A DNA stretch of 64,000 nucleotides from positions 186,001 to 250,000 of the forward strand of contig MU005973.1 of assembly GCA_010093745.1 (NCBI GenBank), written 5' to 3'. This stretch comes from Piedraia hortae CBS 480.64. Taxonomy: Eukaryota. A model generated the notes under the pieces. It ran no database searches. It was not told where the DNA came from and saw only the letters and a program-made list of their open reading frames with translations. The translations under genes were made by a program, and so were the position numbers. Each line of letters starts with the position of its first letter. The first letter of the stretch is position 1. Below, one piece after another: positions 11,664-23,167 of this stretch.

Positions 11664-12065
11664 TTGATACGTTTTACGTCGAAGAAGTGGGTGTATTCCA
11701 GGAATGTTGAGAGGCTACGGCACCTTCAGCAGTGCCGAGAGCTCAGGGGATGTCCTTGTGCAGATTGGCATACTCGGAGGCATCTGATTTCTTACTGCCA
11801 ATTCCGCAGTAGAAGAAATGTGTCAGCGACTTGCGGCTGCCACACGATCACTCAAGGAGCGCATCAGTATGCTAGAATCCGGGTGGCTCAACAATGCGAT
11901 GCAAAGTGCGAGGCACACCCCGTCCATGTCTTTTTCGTCATGGACGACCGTTCGGGCCGTGCTGAGCACAACTTCCTGACATTTGCGCAGATGTTGCCTT
12001 ATCCTGTGGCTCAGCGGATTGCCGTACGGATAATCACGTCAGGCTTTTTGACATTCAGCTTCTGA
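11664..12065 (+). pseudogene. Decayed ORF convergent with the Harbinger transposase; possible second (Myb/SANT-type) Harbinger gene remnant
   Basis: Coding-like frames with a coiled coil (EEMCQRLAAATRSLKERISMLE) broken by stops/frameshift; the call rests on position only. Confidence 0.3.
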
Positions 12066-12099
12066 GCCCATGGCCAGGCTATGTGGAATTTGGCTTGAG

Positions 12100-13092
12100 A
12101 TGTGAGGCCATCGGCCCACTTCTTTGCAAAATGTATCCCCGATGGGGGCCCGTTTCTCCTCATAAGGAGTTCCTTTGGGCTCGAAACCCTCAGCGGCGCA
12201 GGGACTACCAGGCTGACGACCGCATTACCATGCGGAGACAGCTATGCCATTCGTGAACTGTACGTGTCATGTAATCCGCGGCAAGCAGCACACTGGACCA
12301 CGCTTTCCATCTTCCATGTGCATCAAGGTCGGGCACTACTTCCGAATACATGGAATGGCGAGACTGGCTTGGCAAAGGAGATTGTTTACCGGCAGCCACA
12401 ATCTACCAAGTAATAGTGGTTCGCCGGCACCTCAGAGTACCATGACTCCATAGTCATTGGCCGAGTCCTCGCAACCGGACTGGACGAACGTGATAAACAT
12501 GTCAAAATCGCACGCGGTCACGACATTATGTGACATCACAACCTTCCTATTGCGCTAGGCTTGCAGACCCTCGAAATCCTTCGGCTGCGCGGAGACAAAT
12601 GTGCCGTCTATGGAACCAAGCACACCGTGGAAGAAGAGGTTCGTGGCGTGTTTAATTCCTCAAGAAAGTAGCCAGCCACAGGACTTTTTTTTTTTTTTTG
12701 GCTCTCCTGGGCAAGTATCGCGCCAATGCGATCACTGCTTCGTTAATGCACCGAGTGAACGTGAGGTAGCAGTGCTGATATTGCCGGCGCAACTGGCGGT
12801 AGGTTTTCTTGCGTGCACAGTAGTCCAGAAATATTGTCAGTTTCTCAACTGCCTTTACGTTTGTGTCTCGGAGGCCGCAGTCGCCCAACTTTTTTACCAG
12901 CATGCAAAGGGTGTGTTGTGACATGCGGGTGGTATTCCAGCAATACTGCTCGTCACTCTCCAGTATACGTCGGGTCTCGAAGTAGCCCCTGTACGGATCG
13001 TCCAAAGTGGTGGGCACTACTGGGCGACTGCGATGATCTTCGATCCCTCTGCTCTCAACTTGCTCTTGCCAAGGCGACGGCACAACTGCCAT
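12100..13092 (-). mobile_element. PIF/Harbinger transposase pseudogene (DDE_Tnp_4-like)
   Basis: RMSQHTL..AVEKLTIFL..TYRQLRRQYQH (HTH), GSIDGTFV, RNRK..SHNVVTACDFDMFITFVQSGCEDSAND, HYYLVDCG; disrupted by frameshifts near a T15 run (12685-12699) and in-frame stops. Confidence 0.88.
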
Positions 13093-13199
13093 GCTGCCAC
13101 AAATAGTGCGGGTGGCTTCTCGTCCAGGAAATGTCGTCCAGGCGTGTGAAGAGATGGTGTCCAGCCTGTTTGTTGGCAGCTAGCATGATCGCAAAGCCG

Positions 13200-14790
13200 G
13201 ACGAAACAGGCTAGACAAATTATATCGTCTCCTGACTGCATCCGAACTTCGTGACGAGCTCGGCTTTGATGGCGGGTGTATTTGCCTCTCAGAGAGGGGC
13301 TTCAGCTGGCAAATTTTAACTCGTGTCAGCGTCTGAAATCGGCTTTCCCACTCGCCCCGCCATGACGTTTCGCAGTCTGACTTCTTTGCTTCTGCAAGTA
13401 ATCCGTTGGAGGGCGTCCGTATGTGCAACAACGTTCTCTAGGCGGTCAGACAAATTCTGCTCCAAGATATTACGCTAAGTTTCTTGTGGTATTGCGACTA
13501 CCTGGCACCCGGACAGCGAAATGGTACCATTATGCGCCGTCGCACTGGGTTCTTTTGGGGAGTCTCAAACACGATCTCGAGCGGGTTGTGGGCATGTGCC
13601 GCGGGGGTAGCTGTAGACCAACTAGAAAGCTACTGGACTCATGTCTGTCTGGAGACCATTCCCTTTTGTCGGCAGGCGTTTCTTTTGCTTCCTTGCATGA
13701 CCAAGGGGACGGCGGCAGTGGGTTGCATTCCTTGGCAAGAAGGTTCACTCGGAGCTACTTACACTTTGGACATTGCTCTCCTTTCAACTGCGGAACCTCG
13801 GGGTGCGAATCGGGGACCGCTCGATATTTGGAGCAATACCTGCGGCTCATTCCCCTTGTGGTGACAGTTGTATGTCGGTAGTCTCCATATCGTCGTCTGT
13901 TTTAATAAGTCACATTGGGAGCCTTAGGGGATTGAGCATTGTGAGTCGGCCCCCTGCCCACAACAACTTCCTTAGTGAGGAAGGCTATTGGTGCAGGACA
14001 CGGCTCGTTCTGGCGCTTGCGAGTGTGACCTACAAGATCGTCAGCCAGCCCCATTGCAAACCTCAATCTGCTCCCGCCGGCATTCAGTCGCGCGAATCAG
14101 CTTTGTTGCAAGATAGGCGCCTGTGTGAGGGTTGGTCTCCATGAGGAAGAACTTGTTACTGCTTGGAATCCCTTTTCGCTGAGAATCAGCGACCATCGAG
14201 TAAACTGCGTCTGCCACGTCCTTGGCCAACGATGTCGTCTGCCCCCCGCTGGAGTCAGCAACCAGACAAACAGTCGCTTGTTTGTTTCGCTTTGTAAGCT
14301 GTGCACACAAAGTCTTATACTCGATTTCTGTTGCATGCGAGCAGCCTGTTTAAATGTGCCCAGTCCCACTACTTTAATCATGAAATAAGAGCATTCGCCA
14401 TGTTGGAACCTGTTCCATATCGCCAGCATTAACCACAGAGTAAACTCCTCCGTGAGGAAACCTTAGAAATCTCTTGTTGCTTCTCGTACGGCGAGCTTCC
14501 GGCTTGTTGGACTGTCAAATGGCAGTATAATCTCAGCGTGGGCCGGTGGTAACTGTGCACAGCCGCCATTGGGGCATTCCGATATGCAGGGTCGACAGGA
14601 TGCAGGCCACCATCAAAGGAGTCTACGTTGGCGATGAACCGGCGCAGGGCTCGCACAAGCCTCAAGAGAATGTCGTTGGTCGACTCAGTTCGCTGACGTC
14701 CGGTGGCTTTGCCCGGACAAGGCCCGGGCAGGTTCGTAACCGACACAAACGTGCAGATGAAAGTCGTTGCAAGCCATTATCCTAGCGATT
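13200..14790 (-). pseudogene. Unidentified decayed coding sequence next to the Harbinger transposase
   Basis: Long minus-strand protein-like stretches (RNILEQNLSDRLENVVAHTDALQRI; AKDVADAVYSMVADSQRKGIP) interrupted by stops and frameshifts. Confidence 0.35.
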
Positions 14791-14906
14791 TGGGATGGTC
14801 AAAGTCTTGGCACTTTATGAATACAACCGTTAGCGCGTATATCTCTCCACCAATCGGATAATTCTTTCAGCCTCATTTCACCGTCCAGCAAACACAACAT
14901 CGCAAA

Positions 14907-15806
14907 ATGCCACTGATAATACTAGCGCCGCGGTCGGCGCCTCTCGCCGCGCCAGCAGGCGATGAGATGGAAATCGACGACGACGAAACCGAACGTATCT
15001 ACACCCCGGGGGAACTCATCACATCGGACGCGCAATGGATGCGCGGTCACGGAACCTTTACACAAGCCACGGGTGACGATGAATGGTCCATCTACTCGAC
15101 CGTAGCTGGCACACTGCAAAAAACGAATAAATTGCTCTCAGTCATCCCGCTGAGGGCGCGGTACCACCCTGAAATCGGCGATCTAATAATCGGGCGCATC
15201 GCAGAGGTGCAGAGCAAGAGGTGGAAGGTCGATGTTGCGGCGCCAGTCTCCGCTGCGCTGTTGTTGAGCTCGATTAACCTGCCGGGTGGGCAGCTGCGCA
15301 AGCGCAACGCTGTTGATGAGCTCAACATGCGAGCGTTTTTCGGGGAGGGCGATTTGGTCGTTGCGGAGGTGCAGTCCCTGTTTCAGGATGGTTCTGCTTC
15401 ACTGCATACGCGGTCGCTGAAGTACGGGAAACTTCGCAATGGGTACTTTTTGTCTGTGAATGGTATGGGAGGTGGCGCGGGCGTTGTGCGTGCTAAAAGG
15501 CAGATCTTTACTCTCAACGCCCCCCATGGTGCGGAGCTTAGTGTTATCCTGGGTGTTAATGGTTATGTTTGGATTAGCCAGCCGACAGAAGAGCCGACTG
15601 AGGAGGTCGGCTTGAATAGATTAGAGGAGGTGGCCTCTACGTCTATGTACTCGTCGAAGAACGACTTCATTCCATCGCCGACACGGAAGGAAATCGCCCG
15701 TGTTGCGGGGTGTATCAGAGCGCTCATTGAGTCGGGCGTCAAGGTCGATGAGAGTACCGTACGAGAGAGTTATGATCATAGCGTTGATGAGGATATGTCT
15801 GATTAA
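14907..15806 (+). CDS. RRP4: Exosome complex component Rrp4
   Basis: [32 protein letters not shown] (S1), [25 protein letters not shown] (KH). Confidence 0.96.
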   Translation: MPLIILAPRSAPLAAPAGDEMEIDDDETERIYTPGELITSDAQWMRGHGTFTQATGDDEWSIYSTVAGTLQKTNKLLSVIPLRARYHPEIGDLIIGRIAEVQSKRWKVDVAAPVSAALLLSSINLPGGQLRKRNAVDELNMRAFFGEGDLVVAEVQSLFQDGSASLHTRSLKYGKLRNGYFLSVNGMGGGAGVVRAKRQIFTLNAPHGAELSVILGVNGYVWISQPTEEPTEEVGLNRLEEVASTSMYSSKNDFIPSPTRKEIARVAGCIRALIESGVKVDESTVRESYDHSVDEDMSD

Positions 15807-16006
15807 TGTCATCTCCTTGGAAAGACTCGAGGAGAGAAAGCCCTTCGCGGTTGACATGTCTCTGCCCTTCCCATATGCCTCTGTGATCGTTCTAGGCATT
15901 GAAACATTCATTCCCTCCTCCAATCCTTCCCGTTCGATCCTTTGCTCCGATCAGAACCCTCGAAGTTCCCGCTGGGGAATGGGCTTTTGATCGCGATCAG
16001 CTCCCG

Positions 16007-16429
16007 TCAGCCGTCTGCCTCTTTACCCTTCCCATGCCCTTCCTTACCCCCTTCCTCCCCATTCATGCCCTTTCCCTGTCCCTTGTCCTCTTCGTCCTCC
16101 ACCTCCACGACATTCACACCCTCCTCCTTTGAACGCCCAATCATCCTCCTCACCCCCCCCTCACCAACCTTCTTCCTCTTCCTAGGCAATTTCTCCCTCT
16201 CTGCTATCCCATCCCCTTCCCGATTCCTCAACCGATGAAAACAAGCATGATGTCCACACCCATCGCAGAGGAACGTGCTCCCCGCGCGGGCAGGATGCTG
16301 CATGAAACGATGGCAGGGACATGATGTGAGCAGGGAAAAGGAGCCTTTGTGGTCACATCGTCCGCGCGGGATCGGGGACGAGGTTAGTATCCAGATGTTG
16401 GGGTCCTTTGAGGGGCGTTTGGGTGGCAT
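16007..16429 (-). CDS. Small Cys/His-rich probable zinc-binding protein with charged tail
   Basis: GRCDHK..SCPCHRFMQHP..CDGCGHHACFH followed by the NLS-like PRKRKKV. Confidence 0.7.
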   Translation of the reverse strand: MPPKRPSKDPNIWILTSSPIPRGRCDHKGSFSLLTSCPCHRFMQHPARAGSTFLCDGCGHHACFHRLRNREGDGIAEREKLPRKRKKVGEGGVRRMIGRSKEEGVNVVEVEDEEDKGQGKGMNGEEGGKEGHGKGKEADG

Positions 16430-17296
16430 GAGTTTCGTTCCTGAAAAGGGAAAGAGAGATGGGTGAGTAATTGTCAGGCTGAGTTGTCTTGGCGTGGAGT
16501 GTTGTTGTTGGATTAAGGTGGTTTATGTTGCGCTGGTGACGATGTGTCGTGTCTTTTCATGTGAGCTTGAGGGGACTGTAGGTAGATTCGTGTTCACATC
16601 TGTCGATGCTATTTTCGCTTGGATTTTTGTTCCTGATGCCGTACTGCCTGCTTCTTTAGCTTTTTAAATATCACATATAGGATTCCCACTTTCCCAGAAC
16701 CAACAGAGAGCATATCCCACTCCAAACCCCCTTACGCCAAGAGCGCAAACACGCTGAACTTTATTTACTCTACTGTATCTTTCAACTCACAACCCTCCCC
16801 AAATCCCCCCGAACTAACTGTCACAAGCTGATTTATCTTCCCATGCGTCCTCGTAAACTTCCTCGCGACCCCATTTGTTTCAACAACCACACCCCCTCCT
16901 CCGCAATCTAGAGACCAATCGACCCCCAACCTGCCGCCAGTCCAATCCAGTCTCCAACTCTATCTCCGTCTCCCCACCCCTCAACGTCGCCCACTCAACC
17001 CACTGCGGAACAACCCACATCGTCTGCGTCGTATTTTCCTTCCTAGATCAGCAGCATCCAGTGGTCGATAAAGCCCTCGCGAGTTGGATCTTAGCTTGCC
17101 CCGAATCTAGTAGAAGAAGCGAAAGGAAGTGCTGTAGAGACTCAGATGTCGTAACCTGGCTGCACAAGCCCTTGGCCAAACTCTCTTGGCACCTTGGCGT
17201 TACACATAATTCTCAAAGCCCCATCAAAAAAGCAAGTAGATAAAACTCTAGGAAGTATTGATACAATTCACAGGAAATATGTAAAGAAAGGGCCGT

Positions 17297-20200
17297 CTAT
17301 CGTCTTCCCCATGCTCTCATACTAGCAAAGAATCCTTTCTTGTCTTTCCCTTCCTTCCCGAAATCTATGGATGCCTTTTCGGTTTTCTTTCGGGCCTTCA
17401 TGGCATCTTTCTCATTCAATTTCACTTGTCGTCCAACAAAGGGTGCTGGTGCTCCATCCTCCTCCGGAGGTCCCGACGTCTTGAGGAACTGCGCCAGCGA
17501 GCTCGTCTCGGGGCGTGCAAGTGCTGGAGAGGGATCTCCTGGGTTGCGGGCTTTGGGTTTTCCGTCTGGACTTGTTCTGATAGGCGGTAGGATTGGGGGA
17601 GCATTGTTTATTGGCGATCGCAGACTCCGGCCTTCATCCTGTGAGGTACGCCGAGACAAGCTAGCACGTCGAGCTCTGTCAAAGAGTCGACTATGTGCAG
17701 AGCTTGGGCGGGTCGGAGAAGTGACACGTTGCTCCGGCTTGGCTTGGTTAGGCAAGATTGCGATATTTCCTGGGCGCTGGTCTTGAGGCAGCTCGCCCAG
17801 TACATCAGCCCCTGAACTTTCCTCATCATCAGTATCGATGGCATTAGGATCCTTATTGCGATGACGAGTGCGTTGTACACCGTCAGGGCTGGGCTTTGCA
17901 GAGAGAGAAGTCTGGGGCTCATCTGGCTTAGACCGCATGGCAAAGCGACGCGCGGCAGGTGAGGTTGCGGTAGGCGATGTTGGGCGACTGCTCCAGCGGG
18001 AGCGTGGCTTTTCACCATACTCAGCTGGCACAGAGGAATTAAGATTGAGATCGAGAGATTTTTTGCCATCGATACATCTTCCAATGTTATCCAGTGGGTT
18101 AGGATCACCACCAGCCGTTGGCGGAGGAGTGGTTCGGAGAAAATCGATGAGCTCTGCATTGGCACTGGCACCGGGATTTGCTGACCGAGCTTGAGGTGGT
18201 GCAGCACTAAAACTGCGAATGTGGCTGCGAGATGAGGAGGCTCTGGCAGCGGAAAGTGTGGGAACCGGAGGGGCAATTGTATTCGGCTCATACTGTGAAC
18301 CTTGCGGACCTGTAGTTCGGATAAAATCTGCAAAGTCACGCGTTGATGTTAACGTGCGCGCATCACGAGCCGTCAGGGATGATGCCGTTGTCTGAGGCCT
18401 GTCGCTTGAGTCTCGTGCCGCCATGGGGGTCAAGGTATACTTGACCGTGTCACCTTTCTGCACAAGCGCATCAAAGTCACCAGGAGCGCGGCCATTGAGA
18501 GTTGTGCGCGAGGTTGGTGAAGCAAGAGGTCGGCGGTCCTTGCGTGTGAGGCTCGTGAGGCGATTGAGGACAGGAACAGGTGAGGATCTCTCTACAGATC
18601 CTCGGTGCTGACTTTCGGCCCTCTTCTGTGGCGAAGCCCCTTCTGCTGCAGCTGCGGCAGCCGCTATCGCCGCTGCTGTTCCGGACGTACCAAGAGCAGA
18701 ACCGTTGATGCTGCGACGCTTTCCATTACGGCCTGGGGCTGTCCAAGAGCGGCTGGTAGAAAGTCCACGAGACGAGGATGAGTCTAGCCAGGTTTCCGGG
18801 GCTGGAACATTTGACGTTATAGGCTGCATTGACTGGCTTCCTGGCTGCTCGTCCGACGTTGGTGCATGATAGTTGCTTCGAGGGACATCTGGAAAAGCAG
18901 TAGTGGAGATCGGTTGCGAATCGGACGAAGATGGCTGCAAGTCCGACTGCGAGTCATCACCAGAGTCTGGCTGTACTTGACGTATGCTAGGCTGCGATGA
19001 ACCTTGCCTCAACACGCTTGACGGCGGCGTCAACTCCGCGTTGGGCTGAAAACGATTGAATGCCTGCTGCGTACCTTGCTCATAGGGCTGTGACACTGGT
19101 GTTGATGTTTGCATATTACCAGTCGAGTATTGCTGAAGATGAGTAGTTGAATGCATGGGAAACGATGTGGACTGCACGGGAGTTTGGGGCCCCGACAAGC
19201 CCTGTGAGGGAACCTGAACGCCAGTTTGCATAGGATACATTGGCTGTTGAGTCTGCACAGGCAAATCTCGATCAGCAGGTTGTACTGAAGCAGTGGAGGC
19301 AGCCTGCGCAGTTGGCAATTGTTGCGCGTTTTGCGACGTAGACGGCTGTTGCATGACATTTGGAAAGCCCTCAGATGCACTCCGTTGCTGGTCAGATTCG
19401 GTATTCTGCAGCTGCTGTTCCGGAACCACGCGGGGCGTAGGGGGCTGGGCGAACTCATGCGCATCCATATATGGTGTAGCTTCCGACTGGGAGCTGTGTA
19501 GATCCCGATTCATGTGTACTTGTGTGCCCTGCGCATCTTGCCCTGCACCCGTTTGGACTTGTTGCTGCTGCGAATTTAACCGAGTACTCTGAAAATTTTG
19601 ACGTATCGGTGACAGAGTTTCCTGGAAATTCTGCCGTCCATTCAAGACATGCTGCGAGAATTGAGCATTGTTCTGCGCCATCGTTGCAGAATCATCTTGG
19701 GTACTTGGCATTCCATTCACTTGAGCATTTTGTGCGGCTTGTGGAATACTCGGCTGAGTTTGCGACATTTGCTGCTGGGCATCTGGCGTGTTTGGCTGTG
19801 CAAGCCACGACCCATTCGGTTGAACATTACGGATGTTTGTGGCGGCTTCTGTTCCATTAGGTCGGGCCTTGTAATGCATGTATGAAGGCGTCATTGGCAT
19901 TACCCCTGGAATCGATCTGCTTTGCTCCGGAGATCGATCGGACTGGGTATGCTGCTGATTCGATTCAACCGTTGCTAATCGTTGGCTTTGCTGCATATTT
20001 GTCATCAATTCAGAGGTTGGACTGATCGTTCTTCGCGGCGGAGATTGCGAGTGCGAATACTTGTCTGCCAGGCCATTCAAGTATTGCAAAGCTGCCGGAG
20101 ACATGCTTTGCTCCAGCTGTTGCTCGGATGCTTTCCTTTGCAAAGGCGAAGCATATGTTTGCAGGCTAGCTGTCTGTCCTGGCGCACCTGGTGTAGTGTT

Positions 20201-21274
20201 GTTGTAATCATTTTGTCTACCAACGCCATCAGGCCGCCCTGCTTGACCAGTGATGAGGTGCTTATCATTGATGAGGCATTTGCTGCTGTCGATTCTATCT
20301 TCGGTAACGGGTCGGCCCGCTGCATCTGCCGCTCCCGCAGTGGCGCCAAGCCCTCCCACAGTGGTGGGACTGTCGGGGGTGGGCAGACCTCCTCGCCATG
20401 ACTTGGGTGGAGGTGTATTGAAACTCTGACCATTACCATCAATCTCTCCGTCTGGCCGGCAAAACTTTCTCGGCGTCGACGGTCGCGTGGATGCGGAAGC
20501 GGTCCGCACAGACTTCCGCCACGTGCGCCAGCTGCGGCCAAGCGTGTGATGCAGGGCGATCTTCTCCACATCGTGATCTTGAACGACCACGAGTCCACGT
20601 TGCGGCAAGTCCGGCTCGGTACTGGCCACAATGCTTCGTCGTGGCCGGCGGGTACGTGCTTCAGCGGCATCCACGGCGACTTGTAGAGTTTGCTCAGCAA
20701 TGTGTTCCAGTACGCCTGTGAGAAAGATGGCCGAAGCCCATGAAACAAGGCCAGATATTTGCGAAAACCGCCAGCTTTGGCGGGCAGCAAAGAGCTCGTC
20801 TTCCTGGACGTACCGCTCTTCTTCCTCATCCTCCACTTCTCCAAGCCGCATGTAGACCATGACCCGTAACCGAGTTCGTTTCCACATCAAATTAAGGTCC
20901 CATGGCCGAGGTGTTGCTCGCTCCTCATCGTCTAGCCCGTCTTCGCCAGCCTCCCCCACCCCTCCATCTGCCAGTTCTTCTAACTCCTCGTCTGCACTTG
21001 CAATGGCCTCTCGGGCAAGGCGGCCCTTGAGCACATCTGTAACAGCAGCGCGTAGGTTAGGTAACTGAGTTGACTGTGCGGCGCCCAGAAAATTGTATAG
21101 CACATGGTCGAGAAATGCATTTATAAGGGCCAAAGCCTGGGGAGTGAAGCGAATGTCTTGACCTTCCCGTCGGGAAGTGACAGCTTGTCTTGCGCCGTCA
21201 CTGGCAACATATGCAGGAGATGGTTTAACCACAGGCGGAATGTGGGTAGCAATACCCGCCGAGGGGGTTGTCAT
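17297..21274 (-). CDS. Large fungal protein with histone-fold-like N-terminus, Q/S/P-rich linker and repeated [DQ]F[LI][RK]T..P motifs
   Basis: Intronless 1325-aa ORF; ASAIFLTGVLEHIAEQTLQVA resembles the H2A alpha2 helix; three repeats near the C-terminus. Confidence 0.85.
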   Translation of the reverse strand: MTTPSAGIATHIPPVVKPSPAYVASDGARQAVTSRREGQDIRFTPQALALINAFLDHVLYNFLGAAQSTQLPNLRAAVTDVLKGRLAREAIASADEELEELADGGVGEAGEDGLDDEERATPRPWDLNLMWKRTRLRVMVYMRLGEVEDEEEERYVQEDELFAARQSWRFSQISGLVSWASAIFLTGVLEHIAEQTLQVAVDAAEARTRRPRRSIVASTEPDLPQRGLVVVQDHDVEKIALHHTLGRSWRTWRKSVRTASASTRPSTPRKFCRPDGEIDGNGQSFNTPPPKSWRGGLPTPDSPTTVGGLGATAGAADAAGRPVTEDRIDSSKCLINDKHLITGQAGRPDGVGRQNDYNNTTPGAPGQTASLQTYASPLQRKASEQQLEQSMSPAALQYLNGLADKYSHSQSPPRRTISPTSELMTNMQQSQRLATVESNQQHTQSDRSPEQSRSIPGVMPMTPSYMHYKARPNGTEAATNIRNVQPNGSWLAQPNTPDAQQQMSQTQPSIPQAAQNAQVNGMPSTQDDSATMAQNNAQFSQHVLNGRQNFQETLSPIRQNFQSTRLNSQQQQVQTGAGQDAQGTQVHMNRDLHSSQSEATPYMDAHEFAQPPTPRVVPEQQLQNTESDQQRSASEGFPNVMQQPSTSQNAQQLPTAQAASTASVQPADRDLPVQTQQPMYPMQTGVQVPSQGLSGPQTPVQSTSFPMHSTTHLQQYSTGNMQTSTPVSQPYEQGTQQAFNRFQPNAELTPPSSVLRQGSSQPSIRQVQPDSGDDSQSDLQPSSSDSQPISTTAFPDVPRSNYHAPTSDEQPGSQSMQPITSNVPAPETWLDSSSSRGLSTSRSWTAPGRNGKRRSINGSALGTSGTAAAIAAAAAAAEGASPQKRAESQHRGSVERSSPVPVLNRLTSLTRKDRRPLASPTSRTTLNGRAPGDFDALVQKGDTVKYTLTPMAARDSSDRPQTTASSLTARDARTLTSTRDFADFIRTTGPQGSQYEPNTIAPPVPTLSAARASSSRSHIRSFSAAPPQARSANPGASANAELIDFLRTTPPPTAGGDPNPLDNIGRCIDGKKSLDLNLNSSVPAEYGEKPRSRWSSRPTSPTATSPAARRFAMRSKPDEPQTSLSAKPSPDGVQRTRHRNKDPNAIDTDDEESSGADVLGELPQDQRPGNIAILPNQAKPEQRVTSPTRPSSAHSRLFDRARRASLSRRTSQDEGRSLRSPINNAPPILPPIRTSPDGKPKARNPGDPSPALARPETSSLAQFLKTSGPPEEDGAPAPFVGRQVKLNEKDAMKARKKTEKASIDFGKEGKDKKGFFASMRAWGRR

Positions 21275-22427
21275 GATGAGGTCCGACTATGTCAGCATAG
21301 GTGTCATGACAATGTTGAGGCCAAACGAGACCCAGCAGCCGTATCCCACACGATCTTCGGGCGCCACTTTCCCGCGCATAAATTGACTTTCAATACATGG
21401 GGCAGGTGGGGCCGCCATTGGCCGTTGGGGGCCAATTGAAGTCGAAGCGTACCTGGAGTCAGGGTCTGGAGCAATTTACACTCTCCCGGCTCCCCTCCCA
21501 TCCCCGACCAAGGCTAGAGATACGAAGCCAGGCTTCCCCGCTCTGTCAATCTAGGATCGTTTGCGGTTGATGTCGGCATGGCGTCAAGCCAAGGCCTTAA
21601 ATGGCAGCCGTTACGATATTTGCTGTCATTGCCCAATCTCCTTGTGATTAGACACCTGTGCCTGGCATGAGCAGAGCTGTCATCGTCCCAGAATTGCAGA
21701 AATGGTACAAGGTTCCGATCCCACGTCCTTATTTTCCGGTTGCAGATATGACGTTTCAGCTCTACACGTGATCTTTCCGCTGGAATGTAGGGCTAAGACA
21801 ATATAGGGCTAAGACCATAAGTGAAGCGCTAAGTGGGTATGATACTGAGCCGCTGCAGAAGCGTGCATAATCACCTTCCTCTCGCAGTGCTGGGTTATTG
21901 TTTTTGCTCTCTGATAATGCTTGGCCATGCTGGTACGTTCTTGGCGGGTGGGGATGCACGATAACAAGGAATGCTTCGCAAAAGAATCTGTGAATTCTCA
22001 ACGTCCTCGCTTTGCAGGGTCCCACTGGGCCCCTCAGTACGTAGAGTCGCACTGCGAACGCATGGTATAGCGTTTCAGACGAGAAGGCGCTGTTGTGGTT
22101 GTCTACGGGATATTCCCTGTAAATGATTGACGTGCTTGATCTTCAACTAGTAAAACGCCATTTCGGTATTGAAATAGATTGTGACAGTCCGACTACGTAG
22201 TTTATACGCCCAATATGCTACGCAATTAAGTGCATTTATCAACGCTCTTACACTACGTCACCTACAGAGCTTCCCAGCATGATTGGAAGATGGTGCAATG
22301 CTAAACTTCATCCCATACGACGATATCAGTGGATCGACGAGGTGGCTGCTGCAGGACGGGCCAAGGCCGACACGCTAGTAGCCCGCAAAAGAACCACGTA
22401 AAGTTGACTCTGAGAAAAGCAATAACA

Positions 22428-22450
22428 TCTGAGTTCTAGTAGAACTCAGA
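22428..22450. repeat. Perfect inverted repeat with 11-bp arms and 1-nt spacer
   Basis: TCTGAGTTCTA-G-TAGAACTCAGA. Confidence 0.8.
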
Positions 22451-22515
22451 CGTGCTAGAGCAAAGTATCTACGGCCCAATCATGAAGCTGGATCTGACCG
22501 GGATACGCAGCTCGC

Positions 22516-22553
22516 CTTCGTCGCTGGATAGAAGCTTCGTCGCTGGATAGAAG
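22516..22553. repeat. 19-bp tandem duplication
   Basis: (cttcgtcgctggatagaag) x2. Confidence 0.85.
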
Positions 22554-23167
22554 AGGGATATCCCGGCTGCCCGGGTCCCGTTGAATCCAACCCCCAAGCT
22601 CCAGGCGGAATAAATCGCTCGGCAAGCGTAAGTGCCAAAGAACATTCACAAAGCGCACTTTGCTCATAATTTCTCCAACTCTGCCCCGTCCTCCTCCATC
22701 ATGATATCGTCTTATCAACAATGTCAAAATAAGCAAAAGACCAAACCTGTTGGAAACCAATCAAACAACCTTGATTGGACATGACGTCGCGTGAACGCTA
22801 TCTGTAAACTCAACCTCCTCCTGCTCACAAAGTCAGTACTACCTACATACAACCCGTATTGTCCAGATTTGGTGTGAGACGATGTCGTTGACAGTGATAT
22901 ACCTCCTGTCAGGCCATGTGTTCAATACTTTCGGAGAGGTGCAGAGCCCTTCATTGCCATGAACACTATTTGTGGACTGCAATACTCGATCACTAGTCCC
23001 ACCCCTACTGTCCAATTTTGCACGAAAGATAACATCATATTTAAGCCGTTGTATCATAGATAATAGCTCTGCAGTCTACTTGGCAGTTTCAAGTCATCAC
23101 TATTCTATTCACAGTACAACGCTCCTCATCCCTACTAATACACGATTAATTATAATACAGACGTCTC

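Noticed and set aside
16820..17243. Small gene downstream of the 1325-aa ORF
   Set aside because: Only short low-complexity frames arising from C/G skew; no splice-consistent model.
22428..22458. Hairpin followed by CTAG as a Helitron 3' end
   Set aside because: The hairpin is AT-rich, only 4 nt from CTAG, the next base is A rather than T, and there is no Rep/helicase remnant.
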